Origin: a virus
Lineage: Duplodnaviria; Caudoviricetes
IMG/VR virus record: IMGVR_UViG_3300030376_006457
Span: 1 to 27,765 of that record
Length of the DNA stretch: 27,765 bases
Direction: 5' to 3' (one strand)
This document shows, piece by piece, positions 1 through 9,200 of the stretch; positions within the stretch are counted from its first letter, which is position 1, and each line of letters begins with the position of its first letter. The notes below the pieces were generated by a model. That model was not told where the DNA came from. It was given only the letters and a program-made list of their open reading frames with translations, and made no database searches. Both the position numbers and the translations under genes were made by a program.

Positions 1-557
1 ACAGCGTTATCAGTAAGAGGTATCAAAGCAGAATCAAATCTACCTGTTACAGTAATACTATCTGTTGTAGCATTACCGAGGTTGATGTCACCATTTAGAT
101 CAGTCTGACCACTAGCAGATAAAGTAGTAAAAGCACCTGTGCTTGCAGAGTTAGCACCAACAGTAGCACCGTCAACAGTACCACCGTTTATGTCTGCTGT
201 GTCTGCTACTAAGGAATCAATATTTGCTGTTCCATCAACATATAAATCTTTCCACTCCTGACTAGATGAACCTAGATCGTATGCATTATCTGTATTTGGT
301 ATAATATTTGAATTAACATCGCCTCCAAAAACGACATTATCAGTAGCAGCATCACCAAGGGTAAGTGTTCCACCATTGAAGGTCGTGGTTCCTGTTACTG
401 TTAGATTTCCACCAACTGCTGCATTTCCTGTGACCGTTAGGTCTTCGTACATTAAAACGTCTGCAGCAAACGTAGAAATTCCGACGTGAGTAGATAAACC
501 AGAGATAACCTGCTGATTCAAACCACCGACTTTGGCTAACTCTCTAGCTCTAGACAT
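1..557 (-). CDS. Tail fibre-like virion structural protein (3'-truncated by window edge; absent from the ORF track)
   Basis: ATG at 555-557 opens MSRARELAKVGGLNQQVISGLSTHVGISTF...GNLTVTGTTTFNGGTLTLGDAATDNVVFGGDVNSNIIPNTDNAYDLGSSSQEWKDLYVDG, open to position 1. It has fibre-type G-x-L-T-V-T-G and IP-x-x-D-x-x-YDLGS-x-x-x-x-W motifs, and TATAAATA lies 32 nt upstream. Confidence 0.8.
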   Translation of the reverse strand, partial: MSRARELAKVGGLNQQVISGLSTHVGISTFAADVLMYEDLTVTGNAAVGGNLTVTGTTTFNGGTLTLGDAATDNVVFGGDVNSNIIPNTDNAYDLGSSSQEWKDLYVDGTANIDSLVADTADINGGTVDGATVGANSASTGAFTTLSASGQTDLNGDINLGNATTDSITVTGRFDSALIPLTDNA

Positions 558-588
558 AACTGGTATTTTCTAAGAATCCTATCTTACG

Positions 589-596
589 TATTTATA
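589..596 (-). promoter_or_regulatory. T4-type late (gp55) promoter TATAAATA
   Basis: Plus strand reads TATTTATA in the intergenic gap upstream of the ATG at 557; perfect T4 late consensus. Confidence 0.8.
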
Positions 597-602
597 CCGA
601 TT

Positions 603-2522
603 TTATACTTCAGTTAGATTGATCTTATACTTCTTACCTGATCTATTATTGAGTAGGAATAAATCTTTCTCTCCTTCTTGCATGGTCCAATTACCCCAAG
701 TACCATCTACACTATTAGAAGATCCTTCATTATTCAAATGTAAATCCATAGAATGTACATTCTTGAATCTCAAAGTAGATGATCCTATGTCATGGGTATC
801 ATCGGCTGCTGGCAGTATATTTCCAACAGTAATATTAGGATTTCCAGTTAATCCAGTTGCATTACCATTGATAGCACCAACTGTAAGAGTGTTAGTACCA
901 GGATTATACAGGAAGTCTGTATCTGTCCTGACATTCTCACTACCAGTAGCAGTGTCTACAAATGTTATAAAATGACCTGCATCTGTAGTGTTAGTAGCAG
1001 TAAGTGCTACTGTTGCTGCGTTTAGATTCGTTAGATTACTACCATCAACACCTACAGCAACAGTTCCTGTTAGTTGAGATGCTGGTATTGATGTAAGTAG
1101 AGAACCATCACCAGAGAATTTTGTAGCAAATAATGTACCGTTACTTGAGTTGAACGTTAGATTAGTTCCTGACCTAGGTTGTAGGTTACCAGTAGGACCA
1201 CCTGATGCGTATATTACATTACAGTTACTAACTGTAGATTCATCTGTTACTGTTATCTGTGAAGCAGCACCAGTTACATTACCTATAATATTACCAGTTA
1301 CATTACCAACAAAACCACCTGTTGCTGTTACAATACCACTAGCATTTGCTGTAGTAAGTTGCAACTGACCAAGAGTTGAAATTCCAGATGATGCTTGATT
1401 TATTGCACCATTCACATTACCAACAACACCACCACTTGCTGTGGTAACACCACTGATGGATAATTGTGTTGTCTTAAGATAAGCAGCAGTTGATACACCC
1501 GTAGCATTGAAGTTTCCAACAAATCCAAAACTTCCACCTGGGGCAATATATCCTTTGGTAGTTGTAACTATACCAGTAGCATATACTGTATCTACTCTAA
1601 GTTGACCTACAGTAGATACACCACTTGCAGGGTTCTGATTGAACTGTCCGTTTACATTACCACTGAAAGAACCATCATGGTTTCCACTAGCATTTCCTGT
1701 TAGGTTTCCAGTTACATTACCTACAACTGCACCTGTATGAGTACCTGCAGAGTTTCCAGTAAGATTACCTGTTACATTACCTGTGACGTTACCTGTAAGA
1801 TTACCAAAATATCCAGCAGTTGCTGTGGATGCTCCAGTAATTGATATATGCTTACCTACTATCTGATCTACATGATTGAAACTGCCAGTTGGGCTGATTG
1901 ATCCAACACCTGCAACAGGATTTGTTATAGTAAGACCTGCACCTACTCTTATAATTCCTAAGTTTTGATATGAAGCAAATCCTCTTTCGTCCTGAAAATC
2001 TATTAGGGCATCTGCCTGTGAAAATATTGATACAATACCTGAAGAGAACTCACCTGCAGGTACTTCTACAAATGATAAACCTGCACCCACTCTGAAAGTG
2101 GTAACACCTGTAATACGTGTGAATGCATTAGCATCCTGAATGTCATTGGTAGATTTATTGACTAATACCGTCGCAACACCAACCGTAACACCACCAAAGG
2201 TTTGTTTTGTCTGAATTGCTTGTATACCATTACCAACAAAGTTAAATCTAGTAACAGAACCACCATAACCTGATGGTGCTACACCTTCATCTTCTACTGT
2301 TAGTCCTGAAGCAGTACCTGATGGTGCACCTGATGGAACACCCCAATACCTTTTACCATCTACATTACCATACAATACGTGATCGTTATTTCCTGGTAAT
2401 CCTAAGTTAGGTTCTGCCTCTTCCAGACCAAGGAATCCTGGAAACCCAGTAGTTTGCTGTCTAGTTGTAGATAGACCAGCGTAACTTGTTACGCCTACCT
2501 TACCTGAAAGAAGTTTTGCCAT
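603..2522 (-). CDS. Tail fibre-like virion structural protein, 639 aa
   Basis: Gly/Thr/Asn-rich with GN(V/L)T repeats and G(I/V)ST repeats. C-terminus PAADDTHDIGSS..RFKNVHSMDLHL..GNWTMQEGEKDLFLLNNRSGKKYKINL is typical of cyanophage fibre ends. Confidence 0.75.
   Translation of the reverse strand: MAKLLSGKVGVTSYAGLSTTRQQTTGFPGFLGLEEAEPNLGLPGNNDHVLYGNVDGKRYWGVPSGAPSGTASGLTVEDEGVAPSGYGGSVTRFNFVGNGIQAIQTKQTFGGVTVGVATVLVNKSTNDIQDANAFTRITGVTTFRVGAGLSFVEVPAGEFSSGIVSIFSQADALIDFQDERGFASYQNLGIIRVGAGLTITNPVAGVGSISPTGSFNHVDQIVGKHISITGASTATAGYFGNLTGNVTGNVTGNLTGNSAGTHTGAVVGNVTGNLTGNASGNHDGSFSGNVNGQFNQNPASGVSTVGQLRVDTVYATGIVTTTKGYIAPGGSFGFVGNFNATGVSTAAYLKTTQLSISGVTTASGGVVGNVNGAINQASSGISTLGQLQLTTANASGIVTATGGFVGNVTGNIIGNVTGAASQITVTDESTVSNCNVIYASGGPTGNLQPRSGTNLTFNSSNGTLFATKFSGDGSLLTSIPASQLTGTVAVGVDGSNLTNLNAATVALTATNTTDAGHFITFVDTATGSENVRTDTDFLYNPGTNTLTVGAINGNATGLTGNPNITVGNILPAADDTHDIGSSTLRFKNVHSMDLHLNNEGSSNSVDGTWGNWTMQEGEKDLFLLNNRSGKKYKINLTEV
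1690..1805 (-). repeat. Imperfect 12-bp coding tandem repeats (GNLT/GNVT)
   Basis: Units such as ttacctgttaca/ttacctgtgacg/ttacctgtaaga encode GNLTGNVTGNVTGNLTGN and GNVTGNLTGN. Confidence 0.7.
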
Positions 2523-2860
2523 TACTTAGCGTTCTCCAATACACTTATAATGCATTTCTGTGTGTTATTGACATCTCCTTTAATTTTGAGAATGTCTCCT
2601 GTTTCCAACACCAATCTACCTTCAATAAATGAAGCAGAATCTTGATGTGGAACTCTATATCCGTCAACAATTGGTGTATCAACAGAATTTCTACTGTGAT
2701 ATACACTGAATTGTGTAACTGACGACATTGTGCCCACGTTTGCTACGTTGCCGTATATGACAAGAGAAGCAACCCCTGGAGGGCATGTGTATATACCCAC
2801 TGAGTTAACCGTCAGTGTATGGGTATAAGATCTAAATCTATTAAGTGGGATCGCTGCCAT
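2522..2860 (-). CDS. Small virion structural protein, 112 aa
   Basis: YTCPPG..S.V...NVAN...LVLETGD.L pattern seen in small beta-sandwich proteins beside cyanophage fibres; TAATG-coupled to the next gene. Confidence 0.65.
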   Translation of the reverse strand: MAAIPLNRFRSYTHTLTVNSVGIYTCPPGVASLVIYGNVANVGTMSSVTQFSVYHSRNSVDTPIVDGYRVPHQDSASFIEGRLVLETGDILKIKGDVNNTQKCIISVLENAK

Positions 2861-5800
2861 TTATCCTCCTAGTGCGATAATGAGTGGCGTTAAGGTTGCT
2901 TGAATGCTCTTATTGAAAGCATCACCAGTGACTGTACCAGTCTGTTGGTTGATAGTAAATCCATCACCAACTTTCAGATTACCTCGCTCATCGGTTGAGG
3001 TATATACTACCCTACCTCCTTTCTCTGATACTGTCTCGTTTTCTGGTATTGTAATACCACCGTCTTTAGGTAGTGCTACACCAATTGTTAGTCCAGCACC
3101 GACATACTCAAACGTATATGAAGATGCAAGTATTAGAGATTGTCTTGCGAAGGGAACTGTAGAACCAACACCAACGTTAGCTGGGATAGTCTGATCAACA
3201 GTAATTGTAGAAACACCAGCTGTAACTGGAGTCGTACTATTTATAGTATAATAAGAAGGTCCAATTCCAGCAGTTGCTGTTGCAGTTACTCCTGATGTCG
3301 GTGCATCAATCGTAATGCTAGGTGCAGTTCGATATTGTGAACCATTTGCAAATAGATTTACAGAGGTTATACTACCAAAACCACTAACAACTGCAATACC
3401 TTCAGCAGTTATGCCATTAGGACCAGAAGGTGCCGAAGCAGTAACTTTTGGAGGATTAGCAGTTGTATAACCACTACCAGGATTGGTAATAGATACGTTT
3501 ACTACTTCATTGTACAATTCACCAAGATAAAATACCTGACCAGTGTAAGGTCTTTGAGTCAATCCAGATACTACTACCTGATTGTCCTCTTCTTTAGCAA
3601 TCTGTGCTACTGCACCTGTCTGTGCCACAGTACCAATACCTGATGCTATCAGACCATAAGTACCGAATGATGCGTTAGAGTTATTGAGGTCACACTGTCC
3701 ACCTGATACACAAGTGACAGCAGACTCATCACAGATAGTAAAGATAGAAACTAACTGAGCATAAGCATCATTTGATATAGTAACACCTATACCACCTTGG
3801 TTGTACTGAGTATATGAGTCAACAACCATTGACTTGATACCCATTACATGATTTCCATCAATCCTTAGACCAACACTATTAGGAACAAAGTTAGTACAGT
3901 TCCTAACATATGGTGACTGAGTACATACACCAACATATCGTGCTCCAGCTCCTGCAGGTCCAATATTGAGAGTAAATGTATTAGTGGTAGCAGCAGTAAC
4001 AGCAGTTATAATACCTGCTACATGATCAGATGCTCTAGGATAGTTATGGTTACTACCATGATTATCTTGCTCACATGTAAATGTCAAAGCACTTGTAGTA
4101 ATACCAACCTTAGAATTTGATTTCTGTATGTTGTTAGCACTAGAAGTGATATAAGTATGATTATATTGTCCACCACTTGTCACAGCATTAGATGATGTGC
4201 CACCAGCCCATAGATGTGCAGTAACGTTAGAAGATTTTCCAACATTTAGTATGATAGTAGTACCAGTAGTACCAATAATCTCTACAGGTTGATCGTATGT
4301 TCTATCTCTCTTCTGCTTGATAGAGTTAGTAACAGCAGAGTAGAATGTATGAGGTGTAGTATTAGTAGAAGGAATCTTCTGACTATCAAGAACTACAACA
4401 GTAATATTATTATCATCTACCTTAGTAACTTCTATCCACTTACCACTAACAGGGTCTGTTGCTCTTGGATATGCTTTTCTAGCAGCAGCACCAGAAGCAC
4501 CACCAAACGCACATTCAAAAGTTACACCACTATCATCTATCTTAATATAATCACCACTTCTCATACCATGATCAGGTATGGTCAGTGTCATAACACCTGT
4601 GTTAGGATTATATGCACCACCAGTTGCAGTATGATTGTCTATCGTTGTACGAGGATATGTATGGTTTGAACCATGACTATCTTGAGCACAAGTAAATGTT
4701 AGTTTACCATCTCCAATCTTTACCTTATCACCCTCTTGTAATGAGTGAGATCCGATAGTAAGTTCTAGAACACCTGTACTTGGTTCGTAAGTTGCACCTG
4801 AAACATTATGATTTACTGCTGGAGTTGGACCAACATTGACTGTAAAGTTAGTAGCATTTAGAACTGTAGCAGTTATAAACTTACCACTTATAGGATCAGC
4901 ATCATTGTCACGTACATTATTAGCACCTCTAGGATAAGTATGATCACTCCATGTACCATCCATAGTACATCTGAAGGTCATAGAGTCATCATCAATACTG
5001 ATGAAATCTCCTGAAGTTAATCCGTGGTTAGCAGTTGTAGTTACTGTAAGGATACCAGCAACAGGACTATATGTTGCTGTAGAAATTGATAACCTAGTAG
5101 GAGCAGCTAAACCATGAGCATTCTCTGTTGTAAATGTTACAATACCTGATGTAGGATCATAATCTGCAGCAGTTGGTGCTGTAGATAAACCAGAGTTCCA
5201 AGCAGTCTTGACTATTGGATTACCAGTTGCACTAACAAACCTATGATTGTTTACAATACCACCTGGCGGATATGATACCATAGCACCAGTATTTGCTGCA
5301 CCAATGAATGACATATTCTGGAGCAGTACGCCATTGTTTACATGGAATAAGTCCTTACTCTTGTTCTTTGGTACTACCTGTGCATTTCTTAGATCATCTC
5401 CATCTATGGTAACATTACGAGGAACAAATATCGGGTTCTCTTCTTCGTATATACCTGCAGCAACTCGTATAACATTACCTGCCTTTGCCTTTAGACAAGC
5501 AGCTTCAATAGTTCTTAGAGCATCTCCTTCCGAGAATCCTGTATTACTATCATTTCCATCTTCATTAACATAATATATGTTTGCTACACTAGCACCTGCA
5601 CCTACCCATTGCAATCCACCATTATCAGTTGCTTGTAATACACTCTTACCAGTACCAACAGTACCATTAGCATCAAGGAATGTACCACCAATCTGAACTA
5701 AACCATCAGTTTGTAGGGTATACTCAGGTTGTGTACTACCAATACCAACTCGCTGATTGACAGGATCAAATACAAAGTTAGAAGCACCACCAAATTTTAG

Positions 5801-6181
5801 GTCTGCTTTCTTATATTGTACTGAATATACTTTATCTGCAGCGTTTGTCTGAATTTCTGATAGGTCTGACCATGATACACCAACACCTGTGGTTATCAGT
5901 GCTTGACCGTTTGTACCTTCTTCACTATTCTGATCGTAAACTTTACCTGTAAATCTTGCAGTACCTCTTACATCGAGATCTCTTACAGGTTGTGTACTTC
6001 CAATACCAACCTGACCTGCAGCAACAATACCATCAAAGTTAGCAGTTGATGCTACATCTAAACCGTAGATCGGGTTGGTTTTACCAATACCAGTCTTTTC
6101 ACCGTCAGCATCAACTACAAGAGCCTTGTCACCGACTTCGAGACCTTTTTCTACGGCAAACTTCTTATTAACTGATGCCAT
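2861..6181 (-). CDS. Large virion structural/fibre protein with pectin-lyase-like beta-helix and nested repeats, 1106 aa
   Basis: N-terminal (V)GIGST repeats; YYVNEDGNDSNTG..ALRTIEAAC..G.Y.E beta-helix cap; QSPYVRNCT..MVVDSYTQ..GYAQLVS-like core; C-terminal TFEYVGAG..GGRVVYTSTDERG. Confidence 0.8.
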   Translation of the reverse strand: MASVNKKFAVEKGLEVGDKALVVDADGEKTGIGKTNPIYGLDVASTANFDGIVAAGQVGIGSTQPVRDLDVRGTARFTGKVYDQNSEEGTNGQALITTGVGVSWSDLSEIQTNAADKVYSVQYKKADLKFGGASNFVFDPVNQRVGIGSTQPEYTLQTDGLVQIGGTFLDANGTVGTGKSVLQATDNGGLQWVGAGASVANIYYVNEDGNDSNTGFSEGDALRTIEAACLKAKAGNVIRVAAGIYEEENPIFVPRNVTIDGDDLRNAQVVPKNKSKDLFHVNNGVLLQNMSFIGAANTGAMVSYPPGGIVNNHRFVSATGNPIVKTAWNSGLSTAPTAADYDPTSGIVTFTTENAHGLAAPTRLSISTATYSPVAGILTVTTTANHGLTSGDFISIDDDSMTFRCTMDGTWSDHTYPRGANNVRDNDADPISGKFITATVLNATNFTVNVGPTPAVNHNVSGATYEPSTGVLELTIGSHSLQEGDKVKIGDGKLTFTCAQDSHGSNHTYPRTTIDNHTATGGAYNPNTGVMTLTIPDHGMRSGDYIKIDDSGVTFECAFGGASGAAARKAYPRATDPVSGKWIEVTKVDDNNITVVVLDSQKIPSTNTTPHTFYSAVTNSIKQKRDRTYDQPVEIIGTTGTTIILNVGKSSNVTAHLWAGGTSSNAVTSGGQYNHTYITSSANNIQKSNSKVGITTSALTFTCEQDNHGSNHNYPRASDHVAGIITAVTAATTNTFTLNIGPAGAGARYVGVCTQSPYVRNCTNFVPNSVGLRIDGNHVMGIKSMVVDSYTQYNQGGIGVTISNDAYAQLVSIFTICDESAVTCVSGGQCDLNNSNASFGTYGLIASGIGTVAQTGAVAQIAKEEDNQVVVSGLTQRPYTGQVFYLGELYNEVVNVSITNPGSGYTTANPPKVTASAPSGPNGITAEGIAVVSGFGSITSVNLFANGSQYRTAPSITIDAPTSGVTATATAGIGPSYYTINSTTPVTAGVSTITVDQTIPANVGVGSTVPFARQSLILASSYTFEYVGAGLTIGVALPKDGGITIPENETVSEKGGRVVYTSTDERGNLKVGDGFTINQQTGTVTGDAFNKSIQATLTPLIIALGG

Positions 6182-6207
6182 TTACCAAATGCACTCCTTT
6201 GTATATG

Positions 6208-6214
6208 TATTTAG
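6208..6214 (-). promoter_or_regulatory. Late promoter variant CTAAATA
   Basis: Plus strand TATTTAG in the intergenic gap, 27 nt upstream of ATG 6181; followed by SD-like AAGGAG at 6194-6199. Confidence 0.6.
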
Positions 6215-6215
6215 A

Positions 6216-9200
6216 TCAAGTAATACGCATGATATAAGCGATAGCATAATATGGAGGTAGGTTTTTACCAGTTCCAGAAACACCGTTATCGTTGACAGTA
6301 GTAGCAACGGTAATACCAGTACTATTACTACTAGATGTCATTGTCCTTGTATTAGGTAGATTAGATCTATCATTCAAGGTATTTCCATCAGCATTATCAT
6401 CATTATGAGAACTAAATGTGTGTGCGTGGCCAGGGTCAGTAACAGCAGATGTTGCAGTGTGACCATGCTCTACTACTACAGCATTAGCAGAACCACCTGT
6501 GCTGTCAGCAGCATATGCACTACCTCTACCAACAATAAACTTATCAATTAAGTTTGGTGTACCGTTTGATCCATTACATAACGCCCAGTTACTTGGTACG
6601 TTAGCATCTGTACCAGACCACATGATGATACCACCAATAGGTATGACACCCTTACCAACCAGTGTTGAACCAGTAATGGTATGTGAAGAAGCACTTATGT
6701 TACCACTTGCAGTGATTGCTCCAGATGTAAGTGCTCCAGTTACAGTAGCTACACCAGAGATGCTAACGTTATCTAAATCAGCATGACCATCAACGTCAAT
6801 ACTACCACTCACTGTTGCATTATTAGATACAGCAAGTGCAGAAGCAGTTAATGTAGCACCTGAGAATGTGAGTGAAGAACTATCTTGTAACTCTCCACCA
6901 GCTCCAGCAAGAACAACACGTCCAGAAGTAAGATCAGTAACCTTTAGACTACCAATAGTTCCTATACCTGCAACACTTAGAGTCTCACCACTGCTAACAC
7001 TAGATTGTCCTAATGCTAACTTATCAAATGAGTAGGCATTACTACCACTTTCATAAGAGATAGGAGCAAACTCTTGCCATCTCTCAGATCCAGATCCATC
7101 TGTCTTCACCCAACCAAGATTTCCACCTGGCGTGTGACTTACTCTGAATAGAATATTATCTTGTGACTGACTAGTAGTAGGAGTAGTTTCTTGTATTCCA
7201 ACAAAAACCTGCTTACTAATATTACCAGACCTATTACCTCTTAGTTTTAGATCTACTATATCAGTATTACCATTACTGTATAAGTTGTTATTGACTGTTA
7301 GATCATCAAATATAGCACTTGTTGGCATAACAAAGTCTTGACCAACATCTGTATTATCAAACTTATCAATTGTATCAATCTCTTCACCTGTTACAGCGTT
7401 GATCTTCTTACGTCCAATATAGAAATCACCCTTATCATTCATACCAGTATAAGCAACCAAACCACCTCTAGTTTGAAGTGACTGAGCTCTCAACTGGTCA
7501 TCCTCAGTCGGAGTGCCCGACTGGTTCTGTGGCATCGCTGTACTGTAGTTACCTGGACCATATCCAACATACTCGAAGGTATGACCAGAAGCACGTATAA
7601 TACTATAGCGTCTATTTTCTACTGGTAATACATTTATACGACGTACTGATACATTAGGTTCATGTGCAACAGAGTTTGAACCAAGAAGACCTCGAATAAC
7701 ACTGGTTCCAGTTTTATTTGCAACCCTTACAATTTCATCCTCAATTAGAAGATAATCACCTCTTCTCAACATGGTGACATCAGCAAGACTTATTGTAGAT
7801 CCAACTGCACCTAAACTACTTGTAAGTCTTGTAGTAACACCACCATAAAGAGGAATATCTCTATCAGATGTTCTTGCAGAAATACCAGTACCATGAGCAT
7901 ATCCAGTAGTAATCGTTCCAGATGCCTGATTAGTTGGGAACTTACCAATGTTTACTAGAACTGATGAACCATATCCTACCCTATCAGTAATATCAAATGT
8001 ACCATTTAGATTAGCATTAGGAATACTGTTTATAACAATCTGATCGCCCTTTCTAAGACCAATATCACCAGCAGTTTGAACTGTTGCTATACCACTAATA
8101 TGGTTATGTGTTACAGATGTTATACTAATTGATTTACCAACACGGTAGATGTATCCACCAGTAGCACCACCATCAGCAGAACCAGGAACTGTAATTCTTC
8201 TACTATTATCAACACCACTTATCTTATGCAACCCATTATAAGGTGCACTAGACATTCCTACTACTTGAATTATATCACCAACTCCATTATCAATTGCAGT
8301 GATATTGAATGTAGGATCTGTTCCAGCAGCAGAGTGAGGAATACCTACTATAGTAATTGTACCACCTACCAAGTAACCTGAACCTGGTTGATTGATATCA
8401 AATGCACTAACTGCACCTGCAGCATTTACAGTAACATCTACTGTCAATCCATGTCCAGTACCACCTGAGGTTTCTACATTGAAATAGAACTCAGCATTAC
8501 CACCACCAGTACCTAAGTTAGTACCACCACTAAGACTATTTGTTGCAGATACACCATTGAATCCATGATGATGACTAGCATCTAACCTTAGGTCACCACC
8601 ACTATGTGAACCAGCACTAAGACCAATACCAATATTAGTTGTATCAAGGAATGTTTCTATAGATTCTTTTGATACACTATTAGCAGGGTTGTTAGTCTTG
8701 ACTATACCAGGTTTACCTCTTAGTGCATAAGACTTAGCAGATTCAGGATCTACAACAGTATTATCAATACTTGTCTTAGGACGTAAATCATTTATGTCCT
8801 GTGGATAGAAGTTAGAAGTTGTTGAGAAAGGAGATACAGTAGGTTGAGCAACATAACCTAAAACAGTTAGATCATATACACCATCTTGTATGTCTTGCTT
8901 ATAACCTTGAATCTCTTGGGTACCATAAATCTGTAATGGTTTAGCTACATCACGTTTAGCAAAGTATGGTGCGAAAGTTCTACCAGAACCAACTATACCT
9001 GAATCATGTTTAGTATATGGAATATAACCTATTACATCAGCAGTAATAGTTGATATGCCACCAGGATTAGTATTCAAACCAATTCTAAATGTTCTATCAT
9101 CATTGATACCAATAACACTAAACGTACCATTGAAACCTGAATTATCAGATCCAAGTGTATTATTAGCACTTCTTAGTCTTAGTATCTCAATTGTATTACC

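Noticed and set aside
1690-1805. Short repeats as a CRISPR array or DGR template/variable repeat
   Set aside because: In-frame codon-degenerate protein repeats without spacers; no cas or reverse transcriptase gene and no adenine-specific repeat pair seen.
6176-6193. CATTT-GGT-AAATG mini-hairpin covering the start codon of the 1106-aa gene
   Set aside because: 5-bp AU-rich stem with a 3-nt loop; too weak to claim.
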